Shown: positions 10,182 through 18,754, counted from the stretch's first letter. The stretch is DNA of 64,000 nucleotides from Roseibacillus sp. (GCA_051251855.1 JBPOGI010000003.1:320001-384000); one strand, 5' to 3'. Notes: generated by a model not told the origin, from the letters alone. Translations and numbers: made by a program.

Positions 10182-10874
10182 TTAAGCGGCTTCGAGAGGC
10201 GGCATGCTGCGTCTGCGCAGGAAGGCCATGAACCCTGTGATGGCGAGGAGGAGGGCGACCAGTTGGTAGCCGGAAAGGCCGAGGAAGGGCTTGGGGGTGG
10301 CGCGGAGGAATTCGTGGGCGAAGCGGAAGAGGCCGTAGCTGATGAGGTAGAGGTGGAAGTGTTGGTTAGGAAGGAAGTGGAAGCGGCGGAAATTGAAGAA
10401 GGTAAGAAAGGCGAGGAGGTTGAACGTGATTTCGACCGGGACGGAGGGCCAGTAGTTGAGGGGACCGAGTTCGCAGGCGATGCCGCGACAGCAGCCATGG
10501 TGCAGGCAGCCAAGGCGGCCGACGATGAGGGCGAGGGGGACGACAGCGGCGAAGCCGTCTCCGGTGGCTTTGTGATAGCCGAGGACTTTCTTGGCGAGTT
10601 CGACCCCGATGAAGCCGCCGAGCAACGCTCCGGTGACGGACTTGCCGGTGAGCCAGTGGAGAAGACGCTGGTCTGAGGCAGCCACGAGCCAGCCTTCAGA
10701 GAGAAGGTAGGCGAGCTTGGCTCCGATGAAGGCGCAGGCGAGGGCGGCTCCGTAGATGAGCGGAATGAGGGGGTCGCTTTTGCTACGACGAATCCAGTAG
10801 ATGGCAGATCCGATGATGCCGATGAGCATGGTCAGAGCGTAGATGGGCGAGCCTTCTGAAAGAGTTGTTGGCAC
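10182..10874 (-). CDS. Divergent prolipoprotein diacylglyceryl transferase (Lgt)-family protein
   Basis: Multi-TM protein with IGAKL, GALLGG, D...P...GRLGCLHHGCCRG and YGLFRFAHEFLR (Lgt RF..EF.R). Start placed at GTG 10874 to avoid overlap with the upstream gene. Confidence 0.85.
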   Translation of the reverse strand: MPTTLSEGSPIYALTMLIGIIGSAIYWIRRSKSDPLIPLIYGAALACAFIGAKLAYLLSEGWLVAASDQRLLHWLTGKSVTGALLGGFIGVELAKKVLGYHKATGDGFAAVVPLALIVGRLGCLHHGCCRGIACELGPLNYWPSVPVEITFNLLAFLTFFNFRRFHFLPNQHFHLYLISYGLFRFAHEFLRATPKPFLGLSGYQLVALLLAITGFMAFLRRRSMPPLEAA

Positions 10875-10887
10875 GAAGTTTTCGATT

Positions 10888-11211
10888 CTAGTTAGAAATA
10901 GAAAAAGCCAAGCAGCCGTAACTGCCTGCACTGAGGCAGAAGAGGACCTCGACAAAGGGGTAACCAATCGCGCACAAGGTCATTTGCCGACCTCGAAGGC
11001 GTTTTGAAAGATTTCTGCCAAAGTAACCCCAGCAGATGAAGATGGAAAGGAGGAGGATGACCCCAGTCCAGTCAGAAAAAGCGGAGGATTGAATCTTGGT
11101 TGAGAGGAAGAGAAGGAGAATAGTGAGAAAGGGCGGGGCCAGAAGAGAAATCCAGAGACCCTTCGTGCTGAAGCCTTCGTAGAGGAGAGGGCCTGGGGTG
11201 GGTTCGGTCAT
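10888..11211 (-). CDS. Small 3-TM protein ending ...SYGCLAFSISN (orfC)
   Basis: 107 aa, three hydrophobic segments, ATGA overlap with the upstream gene. Confidence 0.75.
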   Translation of the reverse strand: MTEPTPGPLLYEGFSTKGLWISLLAPPFLTILLLFLSTKIQSSAFSDWTGVILLLSIFICWGYFGRNLSKRLRGRQMTLCAIGYPFVEVLFCLSAGSYGCLAFSISN

Positions 11212-11735
11212 TCGAGTTCCGCTGGTTCAGAAAGGGTGGTGGGACCATCGATTGGTTCTTCGACTGATTGAAGGTCGTGTCCGGTGCCTTTGATCGCTTC
11301 TTCCATTCTCTGCCTGGCTTCTTCTAATTCGACAGGATCGATGGGGTCTTCTCTGGCGCGTCTTTCTTGCTCTTCCACCCAGCTGTCGGGGGCGCTGTGT
11401 CCCCAGTTGCCTTCCCACGAAGTGAGGCAGCCGAAAAAGAAAAGGGTGACGCAGATGGCGGCTTGCACAAGGGGATAGGCGATGAGGCAGATCACATATC
11501 CCGCAGTTGGCATCCGCTTGAAGAGCGCGAAACCGAAAAGAATCCATCCTGCGATGACGGCAAGACTGCCTAAAATAATGGAAGTCGAGATGAAGTCGAA
11601 TTTGAGATGAGCAAAGGCGAGGCCGGTTAGGAGAGCCATCAAAGCGATGGGTCCCATGAGAGCAAGCCAGAGAAGCTTGTGGTTGATTTTTTTCCTCTCG
11701 GGAAGGCTGGGTGGGTTTGCGAGTTGTTCGTTCAC
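11208..11735 (-). CDS. 3-TM protein with FFGC motif and acidic C-terminal tail (orfB)
   Basis: GTG at 11735 gives MNEQLANPPSLPERKK, three TM helices, then FFFGCLTSW. Similar to orfC (YPLVQ vs YPFVE ... GCL). Confidence 0.75.
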   Translation of the reverse strand: MNEQLANPPSLPERKKINHKLLWLALMGPIALMALLTGLAFAHLKFDFISTSIILGSLAVIAGWILFGFALFKRMPTAGYVICLIAYPLVQAAICVTLFFFGCLTSWEGNWGHSAPDSWVEEQERRAREDPIDPVELEEARQRMEEAIKGTGHDLQSVEEPIDGPTTLSEPAELE

Positions 11736-11790
11736 GGGAGGAATTCTATCGGCTAAAAATGGAGTTGGCGAGGTCTCGGTGTGCAGGAAT

Positions 11791-13146
11791 TTACTCCAAT
11801 CCGTAGTAGCGGCAGAAGGAGTCGAGTTTGCCGTCGGGGCGGATGACGTGGGTGCAGCAGCGGTCGATGCGGTCGTCGTCCCAAGTGGAGGCATCCATGA
11901 AGGGCTTGATGAAGAGGCGGTAGGTGTCCTTTTCGCGGAGCTCGAATTTCTTGAGGATTTCGCCCAGCTCGGTGTTGTCGCAGCCGCATTGCACGAGGTC
12001 TGAGAGGTTGTATCGAATCTTGTCCTGCAAGAATCCCTGCACTTTTGCGAAGTCGAAAAAGTGGGAAACGCTACGCGTGCCGAGGGGGGTCTTGAGCAGG
12101 TAGCCGATGGTGGCGCAGTTTGGATCGCCACAGGGCAGGGGAGTAAAGTCGTCGGGCCCGAGTTCTTCTCCCGATTGTTCCATCAAGCCGAGGATGACGT
12201 CCGCTGTATTGAGGCGCCGCTCTTGGGCGTGGGTGCGGCCAGAGTGGAACATGGGTTGAAAGGACACTCCGCGACAGCTCTCGAACTCGAGACCGAATTG
12301 CACTGTCTCCCACAAGTGGGGAAGGTTCTCGGGAGTGACGGTCATGGCGAGGGTGACGGGGAGGTCGATTTCTTCGCAGTTGGCGAGAGCCTTCTTCTTC
12401 ATGGTGCGCAAGTCGGAGCCACGGAGTTCGACCTGGCCTGCTTCTTGGGGGCCGTCGAATTGGAGGTAGAGCTGGATGTGGCCTCGGTCCGTGCGTTTGG
12501 AGAGTTCTGTTAGGAAGTCTTTGTCGCCAGCGAGTTTGACGCCGTTGGTGTTGATGAGGGCATAGTCGATACGGGGTTCGTCGTGAATCCAGTCTAACAA
12601 TTCGAAGAACTCAGGATGGAGGGTAGGCTCGCCTCCGGAGAGTTGGAGGAGTTCGATGTGGCCTTTACGATCGAGGACTCCGGTGATGCGCTGTTGCAGG
12701 GCGGCGAGGGAATGATACTTGAGGCGCTCGCCGGTGCCGGCGGGGGAGTCGGCGAAGCAGGTGGGGCAGGCGAGGTTACAGGAGTCGACGATCTCGATGA
12801 GAGCGAGACAGGTGGAGAGTTGCTCGATGGTGTCGGGTTGGCCTGCGTTTTTACCTAAGGTTCCTGGGAGACCTGCGGAATCTGCGGGGGAGCAGGCGCA
12901 ACCGGGGCCACAGCGGTTGTCGTCGGAGCCTTGTGCGAGCCAGTAAAAGCGGGCATCGGAGGAGATGAGGGAAGTGGAGGAACCGTGCTCGGGGCAGGTG
13001 CGGCGGAGATGGACCTCGGATTTACCGGAGTCAGTGTTGAGCTTGAGGACTTCGGCTGGCACGCGGGTATGGCATTCCGGACAGCGGGAAGTGGTGCGTT
13101 TGAGTTCGCGTGGATCGCGGGAGAGGATGGGTGGGAGGTTGTTCAT
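11791..13146 (-). CDS. Radical SAM protein, COG1964 / tetraether synthase (Tes, GDGT-MAS)-like
   Basis: N-terminal CPEC...CPEHG metal site, CNLACPTCF radical SAM motif, LSGGEPTLHP, INTNG and YLQFDG, then C-terminal FMD...RCCTHVIRPDGKLDSFCRYY. Confidence 0.88.
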   Translation of the reverse strand: MNNLPPILSRDPRELKRTTSRCPECHTRVPAEVLKLNTDSGKSEVHLRRTCPEHGSSTSLISSDARFYWLAQGSDDNRCGPGCACSPADSAGLPGTLGKNAGQPDTIEQLSTCLALIEIVDSCNLACPTCFADSPAGTGERLKYHSLAALQQRITGVLDRKGHIELLQLSGGEPTLHPEFFELLDWIHDEPRIDYALINTNGVKLAGDKDFLTELSKRTDRGHIQLYLQFDGPQEAGQVELRGSDLRTMKKKALANCEEIDLPVTLAMTVTPENLPHLWETVQFGLEFESCRGVSFQPMFHSGRTHAQERRLNTADVILGLMEQSGEELGPDDFTPLPCGDPNCATIGYLLKTPLGTRSVSHFFDFAKVQGFLQDKIRYNLSDLVQCGCDNTELGEILKKFELREKDTYRLFIKPFMDASTWDDDRIDRCCTHVIRPDGKLDSFCRYYGLE

Positions 13147-13508
13147 AAAGAGAAGAGCATACACCCGAAGCCGATGGAAAAAACCACAGCGGGAGCGACG
13201 AGAATTTGGAGGAGACAGAAGATGAGTGTTTTCCAAGCCACCGAGCCTAGGGTTACACATTCACTGCCGTCTTCGGCTGTGATTTTTAGAATAGCGGCAA
13301 AGATGCCGCTACCCAAAAGAACGAACACTAAAACAAACCAGAAGCCGAGTTCGACGAGGTTGGGATTATGGCTGGCACGGTAGGTGAAAACGTAGGAGAG
13401 GAAAGCGAACCCAATGAAAGAGGCTCCCGGGAGAATCCAGCAGAAAAAAGTTAACCACGCATGTGCAGCAGTTGGCTGAGGTCGTGGAGGTGGAGGGGGG
13501 CTTTCGAT
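13143..13508 (-). CDS. Small 3-TM protein ending ...IGFGCMLFSL (orfA); start codon uncertain (ATC?)
   Basis: Frame is open from 13574 to 13143 and reads IESPPPPPRPQPTAAHAWLTFFCWILPG...FSIGFGCMLFSL. Its stop overlaps the radical SAM start (ATGA). The first canonical start is GTG 13328. Confidence 0.6.
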   Translation of the reverse strand: MESPPPPPRPQPTAAHAWLTFFCWILPGASFIGFAFLSYVFTYRASHNPNLVELGFWFVLVFVLLGSGIFAAILKITAEDGSECVTLGSVAWKTLIFCLLQILVAPAVVFSIGFGCMLFSL

Positions 13509-13574
13509 AGTAAGATGATAACTCCCGAGTTTCCTCTGTCGAAATTGATTTCTTCGATGAAGGGATTGAATGGA

Positions 13575-14663
13575 TCAATCAGAGTTCTCGCGCTGCCACC
13601 TCGCTTCGAAATCACCTTTCGACTTTACCCAGCCCACAGCTAAGACTTTTTCAATTTCGAATTGTCGTCGTCGGGCGTCATCAGGGTGACTTTTGAGTTG
13701 AAGAGTCATCCGTTTCTCCGCGGTGAGTTCGCGGGTAAGAATTCTCTCGGTGACTGAGCCAGCGGCTGCGTAGGCAGTGACAGCCTCTTGCTCAAGATCT
13801 GGGCTGGTGAGGCGGTAGGCGCGCCAGAGCCTTTCATCCGCAAAACGAAAATTGTAGTAGCTGTCTGGGATGGCTTGGATACGAACCTCGGCGGATTCCT
13901 CTGTTCGCTTGATACTTGGGTTTTCGGTTTCTTCTAACCAGTGAGTGAGGGCCCTGCTGTGTCGGGCGTAGGCCTCCCAATCGACTTTGGGGCCGTCATC
14001 GGTTCTTACCACGAAGAGGATGCGGGCATCGCCGTTTGCGAATCGGGTTTGGTAGCGTTCGATGCTGAGATCTCCCGCAATCACTTCGCCCATGGGCTTG
14101 CCCGAGACCCCGACTTCAGAAACAGCTTGGGGTGGGAAATTGGGAAGGAGAGTAGCGATACGTTCGGGGTCGAGGCAGTGCTTGAGACGTTCATTAACAT
14201 CGTCGGTTTTGGCAAATGCCATCGCCACGACATGGGGCAAAGGGCCTTCCACGGGGGTGAGATTCATGGCCGCGATCTCGTCGTCCATGGTTTGCTCAGG
14301 GACTGAGGAAGGGGATGTCTCGGCGACTTCTTTTCTGTTTTTTAGGAAAGAGAGAAGGAGAGCTCCGAGGATAAATAATGAAACAAGGGCAAGAGTGAAG
14401 ATGAGCCACTTCGGAGCTTTGGCTTCGACTCTGCTGCTGCCATCGGTCCATACCCCCTTGCGCGATTTTCTAGCTCTTCTTTGTTCGACAACGGGAGCCT
14501 GTTTTTGATGTTTCGAACGGTTCTTGTATGGTTTTGCGGGAACTTGCTGGGGAGCGTTCGCTTGCGCTGACTGGCATTTTTTCTCGTTGGATTTTTGCCA
14601 AGAAGCATTCGAGCGATCGGGTCTTTCCAAACCCCTTCTTTCTTCAAGCTTCCGAATCTTCAT
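13575..14663 (-). CDS. Membrane-anchored hypothetical protein
   Basis: 362 aa with a basic N-terminus, one TM helix and a C-terminal domain containing GPKVDWEAY. Confidence 0.75.
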   Translation of the reverse strand: MKIRKLEERRGLERPDRSNASWQKSNEKKCQSAQANAPQQVPAKPYKNRSKHQKQAPVVEQRRARKSRKGVWTDGSSRVEAKAPKWLIFTLALVSLFILGALLLSFLKNRKEVAETSPSSVPEQTMDDEIAAMNLTPVEGPLPHVVAMAFAKTDDVNERLKHCLDPERIATLLPNFPPQAVSEVGVSGKPMGEVIAGDLSIERYQTRFANGDARILFVVRTDDGPKVDWEAYARHSRALTHWLEETENPSIKRTEESAEVRIQAIPDSYYNFRFADERLWRAYRLTSPDLEQEAVTAYAAAGSVTERILTRELTAEKRMTLQLKSHPDDARRRQFEIEKVLAVGWVKSKGDFEARWQRENSD

Positions 14664-14712
14664 TGTTTATGCGAGGTGATCCTCCCCCTCGAGAAGGGTG
14701 GTGATTAATAGG

Positions 14713-14726
14713 TGCATATAATTGCA
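14713..14726. promoter_or_regulatory. Candidate operator TGCA-N6-TGCA
   Basis: TGCATATAATTGCA in a divergent intergenic region; near-identical copies at 15973, 19493 and 19514. Confidence 0.5.
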
Positions 14727-14795
14727 TTGTTAATCCACGTCAATTCAGTTTAATTTTAAGTGGAGTGTGGTGAGGTGTTCCTTGTTCTCACTAGT

Positions 14796-15920
14796 ATGCG
14801 TAAAAAAATCATGTCGATTTATCAATTCGGGACTTTCTTGACTGTTCTTTTTGTCTCTCTGTCGTGTTCGAGTTGTCGTGAGCAGGAAGAGAGCTCAGTG
14901 ATTCCGCCGGAGAGAGAGCCTGAGGTGGTTTTTCAGGTGCCGGTGCCTGAACTCCCTGAGTTGGATTGGCAGACTGTAAGGGCCTTCAATCTTCCTTTGA
15001 ACAATCCGCCCCACGTTTGGCCAGAAGAGGCGGTGTTCATGCGAAAAAGTGACATCGTCTTGGGGGTGCTCCTCGGCGATGAGGCGAGAGCTTATCCTTG
15101 GGATCTCTTATCAAACTTTCATGCAGTGAATGACTATCTGGATGGTCAACCCATCATTGTCAATTTGTGCGAAGCTTGTAATGGGGGGGCTGCTTTTTTG
15201 GCTACTTTGCCCGACACGGTGATCGATATTCGTCCCCGAGGTCTGAAAAACGGAACTTGGTATGGAGTCGATTTTCAAACTGGGAGTCTCTGGTACCCTT
15301 TTGTGGGGGAGGCGTTCGAGGGGCCGTTGAAGGGGACGAAATTAGAGCGCATTCGAGTCTATTTTTCGAGCTGGGGAGACTGGATTCGTGACCATCCTAA
15401 TTCATCAGTGGTAATGACCTCTCATGAAGTGAAAATGCGGCCTCACGCGCGCCAAAGCCGGATGGCCGATCCTTCCACATTTAATCCTCAGTATTTGAAA
15501 CGAATCGTCAGAGCGCAAAAGAATCCTAGGCGCTCCCTCTTACCTGGGAATACTTTGGTCTTTGGCCTTATTCCTAAAGAGGGGGAGCCGGCGCGGGCCT
15601 TTACCGTTGAATCGTTGGGTGACACCAAGTCTCTCGTTCAGACGAGTCTGAGCGACACGCCTATCGTGCTGTTGTTGCAGAATCGCTATCAGATTGGAGC
15701 GTATCAGCGACTTTTCAAAGGGCAGGAGCTCAAGTTCGAGCTCACATCCAAAACTCCCTTGGTGATGAAGGACCAGCTGGGTAATCGCTGGGATATGTGG
15801 GGGCGGACTCTTGCGGGGCCGAATCATCCTAGCGAATTGGAATTGGCGGATGGCTATCTGGCAAAATGGTATGAGTGGATTGAGAACTTCCCAGAAACAG
15901 AGGTTGTTAAGGTTGAATAG
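14796..15920 (+). CDS. DUF3179 domain lipoprotein
   Basis: ARAYPW...HAVND...CEAC motif, D..TGSLW and W.DW...HP.S. Lipoprotein-like signal (LSCSSC). Confidence 0.8.
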   Translation: MRKKIMSIYQFGTFLTVLFVSLSCSSCREQEESSVIPPEREPEVVFQVPVPELPELDWQTVRAFNLPLNNPPHVWPEEAVFMRKSDIVLGVLLGDEARAYPWDLLSNFHAVNDYLDGQPIIVNLCEACNGGAAFLATLPDTVIDIRPRGLKNGTWYGVDFQTGSLWYPFVGEAFEGPLKGTKLERIRVYFSSWGDWIRDHPNSSVVMTSHEVKMRPHARQSRMADPSTFNPQYLKRIVRAQKNPRRSLLPGNTLVFGLIPKEGEPARAFTVESLGDTKSLVQTSLSDTPIVLLLQNRYQIGAYQRLFKGQELKFELTSKTPLVMKDQLGNRWDMWGRTLAGPNHPSELELADGYLAKWYEWIENFPETEVVKVE

Positions 15921-15972
15921 AAGGGCGACCTTTCATCTGTCTGTTGGATTTTGATTCTAAAATTCTTGCTAA

Positions 15973-15986
15973 TACAATTTCATGCA
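15973..15986. promoter_or_regulatory. Candidate operator (same motif, reverse orientation)
   Basis: Reverse complement reads TGCATGAAATTGTA; upstream of the CRTAC1-family gene. Confidence 0.4.
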
Positions 15987-16075
15987 ATTCAATAGCCTTC
16001 GGCTAAATTGAAAGGTTGAGTCTGTTCTCGGCTTTCAAAAATCTTTTCTACTCATTCTCACCTCTCAAAAATCGC

Positions 16076-18457
16076 ATGAACTTTCTGATTTATTCCTGTG
16101 TTCAGCTTCGTTCCTCATTGGTTCGTAGCCGTTTCTTCCTTTGCACTCTTATTGGGTGGGGAATGGTGTTGGCTTTCTCCTCCTTGTCGATTGTCTATGC
16201 GGAGGTGATCTCGGCAGAGCCCCAAGAAATTTTAGAAGAGCGAAAGGTGCTGGATGAGACCGTCTGGGAGGACGAGGTGGAGGCGCAAGAATATGAAACC
16301 GTTTTTGTGAGTCTTTGGGATCGGATTCGTGATGAAGACGGGCCTTTCAAGCTTTCGATTCTTGCTGACTTTCCTTTCAACGGTGAACTGACGATGGGAA
16401 CGCGGGGGAAGGCGGAACCGCTGGAACAGGGAATGACCCAAACCTACTTTGAGAACGAGACGCTGCAGACTTTCACCGCTTCGAAGTGGCGTAATTATGT
16501 TCGTGCTTTCAAAGCAGCGGGTATCGAGGTGGTTCAGACCGAATGGCATCATAGTCGGTTCGTGCCAGGCACGGAGACTTCGGCTCCCAAGTCTGAAATC
16601 TCTTTTGCGATTCACGCCAAGCGCGAGTCGACGCAAACGGCCTTCGCCTTCAAGGGTGAGCTTGAGGTGCAATGGTCAAAAGACGATCCGAGCGAACGAT
16701 TGGATGGCGCGGTGCCTGATTCTCTCACGGTCACGAAGCTCAAGATGAAAGAGCGGACGGGCGGCGGAGGTTTCAATCAAATTTGGGAAGCGCGGCATGG
16801 TCGGGAGGACTGGATCTCAGCCTATCCGATTCTGGCCTACGATCTGGATGGGGACGGGCTTTCTGAAATCATCCTTCCTCGCTGGAATCGGGTCTACCGG
16901 AATATGGGTGATCGCGAGTTCAAGCGGGAAGACTTTCTCGCTCATCCTGTTGATATCTGGGAAGCGGCGATTCTTTCGGACTTTAACGGCGATGGTCATG
17001 TTGATTTCGTGACGGTGGGGAAAGATGGTTCCCCTTATTTCTTTGCTGGCACGGCAGAGGGTAAGTTCCCAACCGAGGGAAAAGTCTGTGCGGATGTTCA
17101 CTTTGATATGCCGACTTCAGTGACGGCGGGCGATGTCGATGGCGATGGCGACCTCGACCTGTGGATGGCGCAATACAAGCTCTCTTTCATGGATGGTCAG
17201 ATGCCCACTCCCTACTATGATGCGAATGATGGCCCTCCCTCCTACTATCTGGAAAATGATGGGAACGGTTCCTTCATTGAAAAGACGGAGAGTGTTGGCC
17301 TAGCTCCTTTGCGCAACCGACGAACCTACTCAGCATCCTTCGTCGATCTTGATGAGGATGGCGATCTCGATCTGATGAATGTTTCCGATTACGCGGGCCT
17401 CGATATCTATGAGAACACGGGGAAGGGCCAATTCGAACTCGCGACCGAGGACTATGTCGATCAGCGCCACTTCTTTGGGATGGGGCATACGATCGGGGAT
17501 TATAATGCGGATGGGTTGCTCGACTTTTACGTCATAGGGATGTCTTCCACCACGGCCCGTCGATTGGACCGGCTGAATCTTGGGCGCGAGGACCGACCCG
17601 ACGTGCATCCGATGAGGGGGCCGATGGGCTATGGCAATCGCATGTATTACGGGACCAACGAAAAGAGTTTTCAGGAGGATAAGGAAGTGGCAGGTGCGGT
17701 GGCACGGACGGGATGGTCTTGGGGCACGACGAGCTTCGACTTTGATTTAGACGGGGATCAGGACATCTATGTGGCGAATGGACACCGGAGCGGGAAGTCT
17801 TGTTCGGACTATTGCTCGACCTTTTGGAGGCATGATATCTATACCGGTGACTCGAAGGCGAACCCGCTTCTGTTAGAAGTGTTTGCGACCACTCTCCAGG
17901 ACCTGAATAAGGATGAGGTGTCTTGGAATGGGTATGAGAAGAATGTTCTGTTCGTGAATCACGAGGACCGGAGTGAGCGCTTTGTGAATGGCTCCTTCAT
18001 GTTCGGCGCGGCGCATTCCTACGATGCGCGCTGTGTGATTTCCGACGACTTGGATGGTGACGGGCGTCCGGATTTGATTGTGGCGGAGTCCAAGTGGGAT
18101 GGCCGTGGTTCCGCTCTCATCATTCGCGCCTTTGGCAACGATGTCGAAATCGATCCGGACAACAATTGGATTTCGATTCAACTTAGAGAGTCTGCCGGCG
18201 CGGGACACTCTCCCAATGGAGCGAAGGTCGCGATTACCGATGATTCCGGGCGTGTGCAGACGAAGTGGATTGTGAGCGGGGACTCGTTCTTGTCCCAGCA
18301 TGCTCCGGTGGCTCACTTTGGTTTAGGTCATGTTAAAGGAGTAAAGTCTGTGGAAGTGACTTGGCCGAATGGGAAGATCGAGAAGCATGATGCTGATTCT
18401 TCGGTGAATACGATGCTAACTTTGCGGGGCAGCGAGCTGAGTTCATCTTCGGAGTAG
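16076..18457 (+). CDS. CRTAC1 family protein (FG-GAP/VCBS repeats plus ASPIC/UnbV domain)
   Basis: Repeated D-x-D-G-D-G-x-x-D motifs, GWSWG...DFDLDGDQDIYVANG, and C-terminal GDSFLSQ...HFGLG...VTWPNG. Start codon uncertain. Confidence 0.88.
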   Translation: MNFLIYSCVQLRSSLVRSRFFLCTLIGWGMVLAFSSLSIVYAEVISAEPQEILEERKVLDETVWEDEVEAQEYETVFVSLWDRIRDEDGPFKLSILADFPFNGELTMGTRGKAEPLEQGMTQTYFENETLQTFTASKWRNYVRAFKAAGIEVVQTEWHHSRFVPGTETSAPKSEISFAIHAKRESTQTAFAFKGELEVQWSKDDPSERLDGAVPDSLTVTKLKMKERTGGGGFNQIWEARHGREDWISAYPILAYDLDGDGLSEIILPRWNRVYRNMGDREFKREDFLAHPVDIWEAAILSDFNGDGHVDFVTVGKDGSPYFFAGTAEGKFPTEGKVCADVHFDMPTSVTAGDVDGDGDLDLWMAQYKLSFMDGQMPTPYYDANDGPPSYYLENDGNGSFIEKTESVGLAPLRNRRTYSASFVDLDEDGDLDLMNVSDYAGLDIYENTGKGQFELATEDYVDQRHFFGMGHTIGDYNADGLLDFYVIGMSSTTARRLDRLNLGREDRPDVHPMRGPMGYGNRMYYGTNEKSFQEDKEVAGAVARTGWSWGTTSFDFDLDGDQDIYVANGHRSGKSCSDYCSTFWRHDIYTGDSKANPLLLEVFATTLQDLNKDEVSWNGYEKNVLFVNHEDRSERFVNGSFMFGAAHSYDARCVISDDLDGDGRPDLIVAESKWDGRGSALIIRAFGNDVEIDPDNNWISIQLRESAGAGHSPNGAKVAITDDSGRVQTKWIVSGDSFLSQHAPVAHFGLGHVKGVKSVEVTWPNGKIEKHDADSSVNTMLTLRGSELSSSSE

Positions 18458-18692
18458 ATCGTGGGTGCAAGGGTGGGGCTGTCTGGCCCTAGGCCGCTGA
18501 AGATACTCATTACAGAGGTCGTAGGCTTTTCCCCGTGGGTCAGAACATTCGTGAGTTTTCTGATGCTCCCTCTTCGATAGCTTAAGATCTTGCAGGTTTG
18601 ATTGACGACCCATTCGAAAAAGTGCCTGACCATGCAATGGATGATCACGGCGCGGCAGGGCCGCCACTCCCTACCGGTAGATTCTTGGGCAT

Positions 18693-18724
18693 AAAAAAAC
18701 GCGCTCTTCGAAAAGAGCGCGTTT
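18693..18724 (-). terminator. Rho-independent terminator
   Basis: AAACGCGCTCTT-CGAA-AAGAGCGCGTTT hairpin with an A-run on + (U-run on -), just after the PEP-CTERM gene. Confidence 0.85.
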
Positions 18725-18754
18725 ATGAGAAAAATTTGTTCTCTAAAGTCGTGC

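Noticed and set aside
11736..12131. N-terminal extension of the 307-aa ORF 11208-12131
   Set aside because: It overlaps the radical SAM gene in another frame and is low complexity; GTG 11735 gives a protein matching its paralogs.
11791..13146. Calling the radical SAM MoaA or a pterin methyltransferase
   Set aside because: It has no molybdopterin gene context or MoaA C-terminal GG; the N- and C-terminal motifs fit COG1964/Tes better.
14796..15920. Selenoprotein status of the DUF3179 protein
   Set aside because: The motif is CEAC, with no in-frame TGA.
18460..18680. RAYT remnant or REP pair (VPDH in ORF 18598; GTAGGGAGTGGCGG unit at 18649-18674)
   Set aside because: No HUH (PDHxH) motif and only a weak inverted partner; insufficient support.
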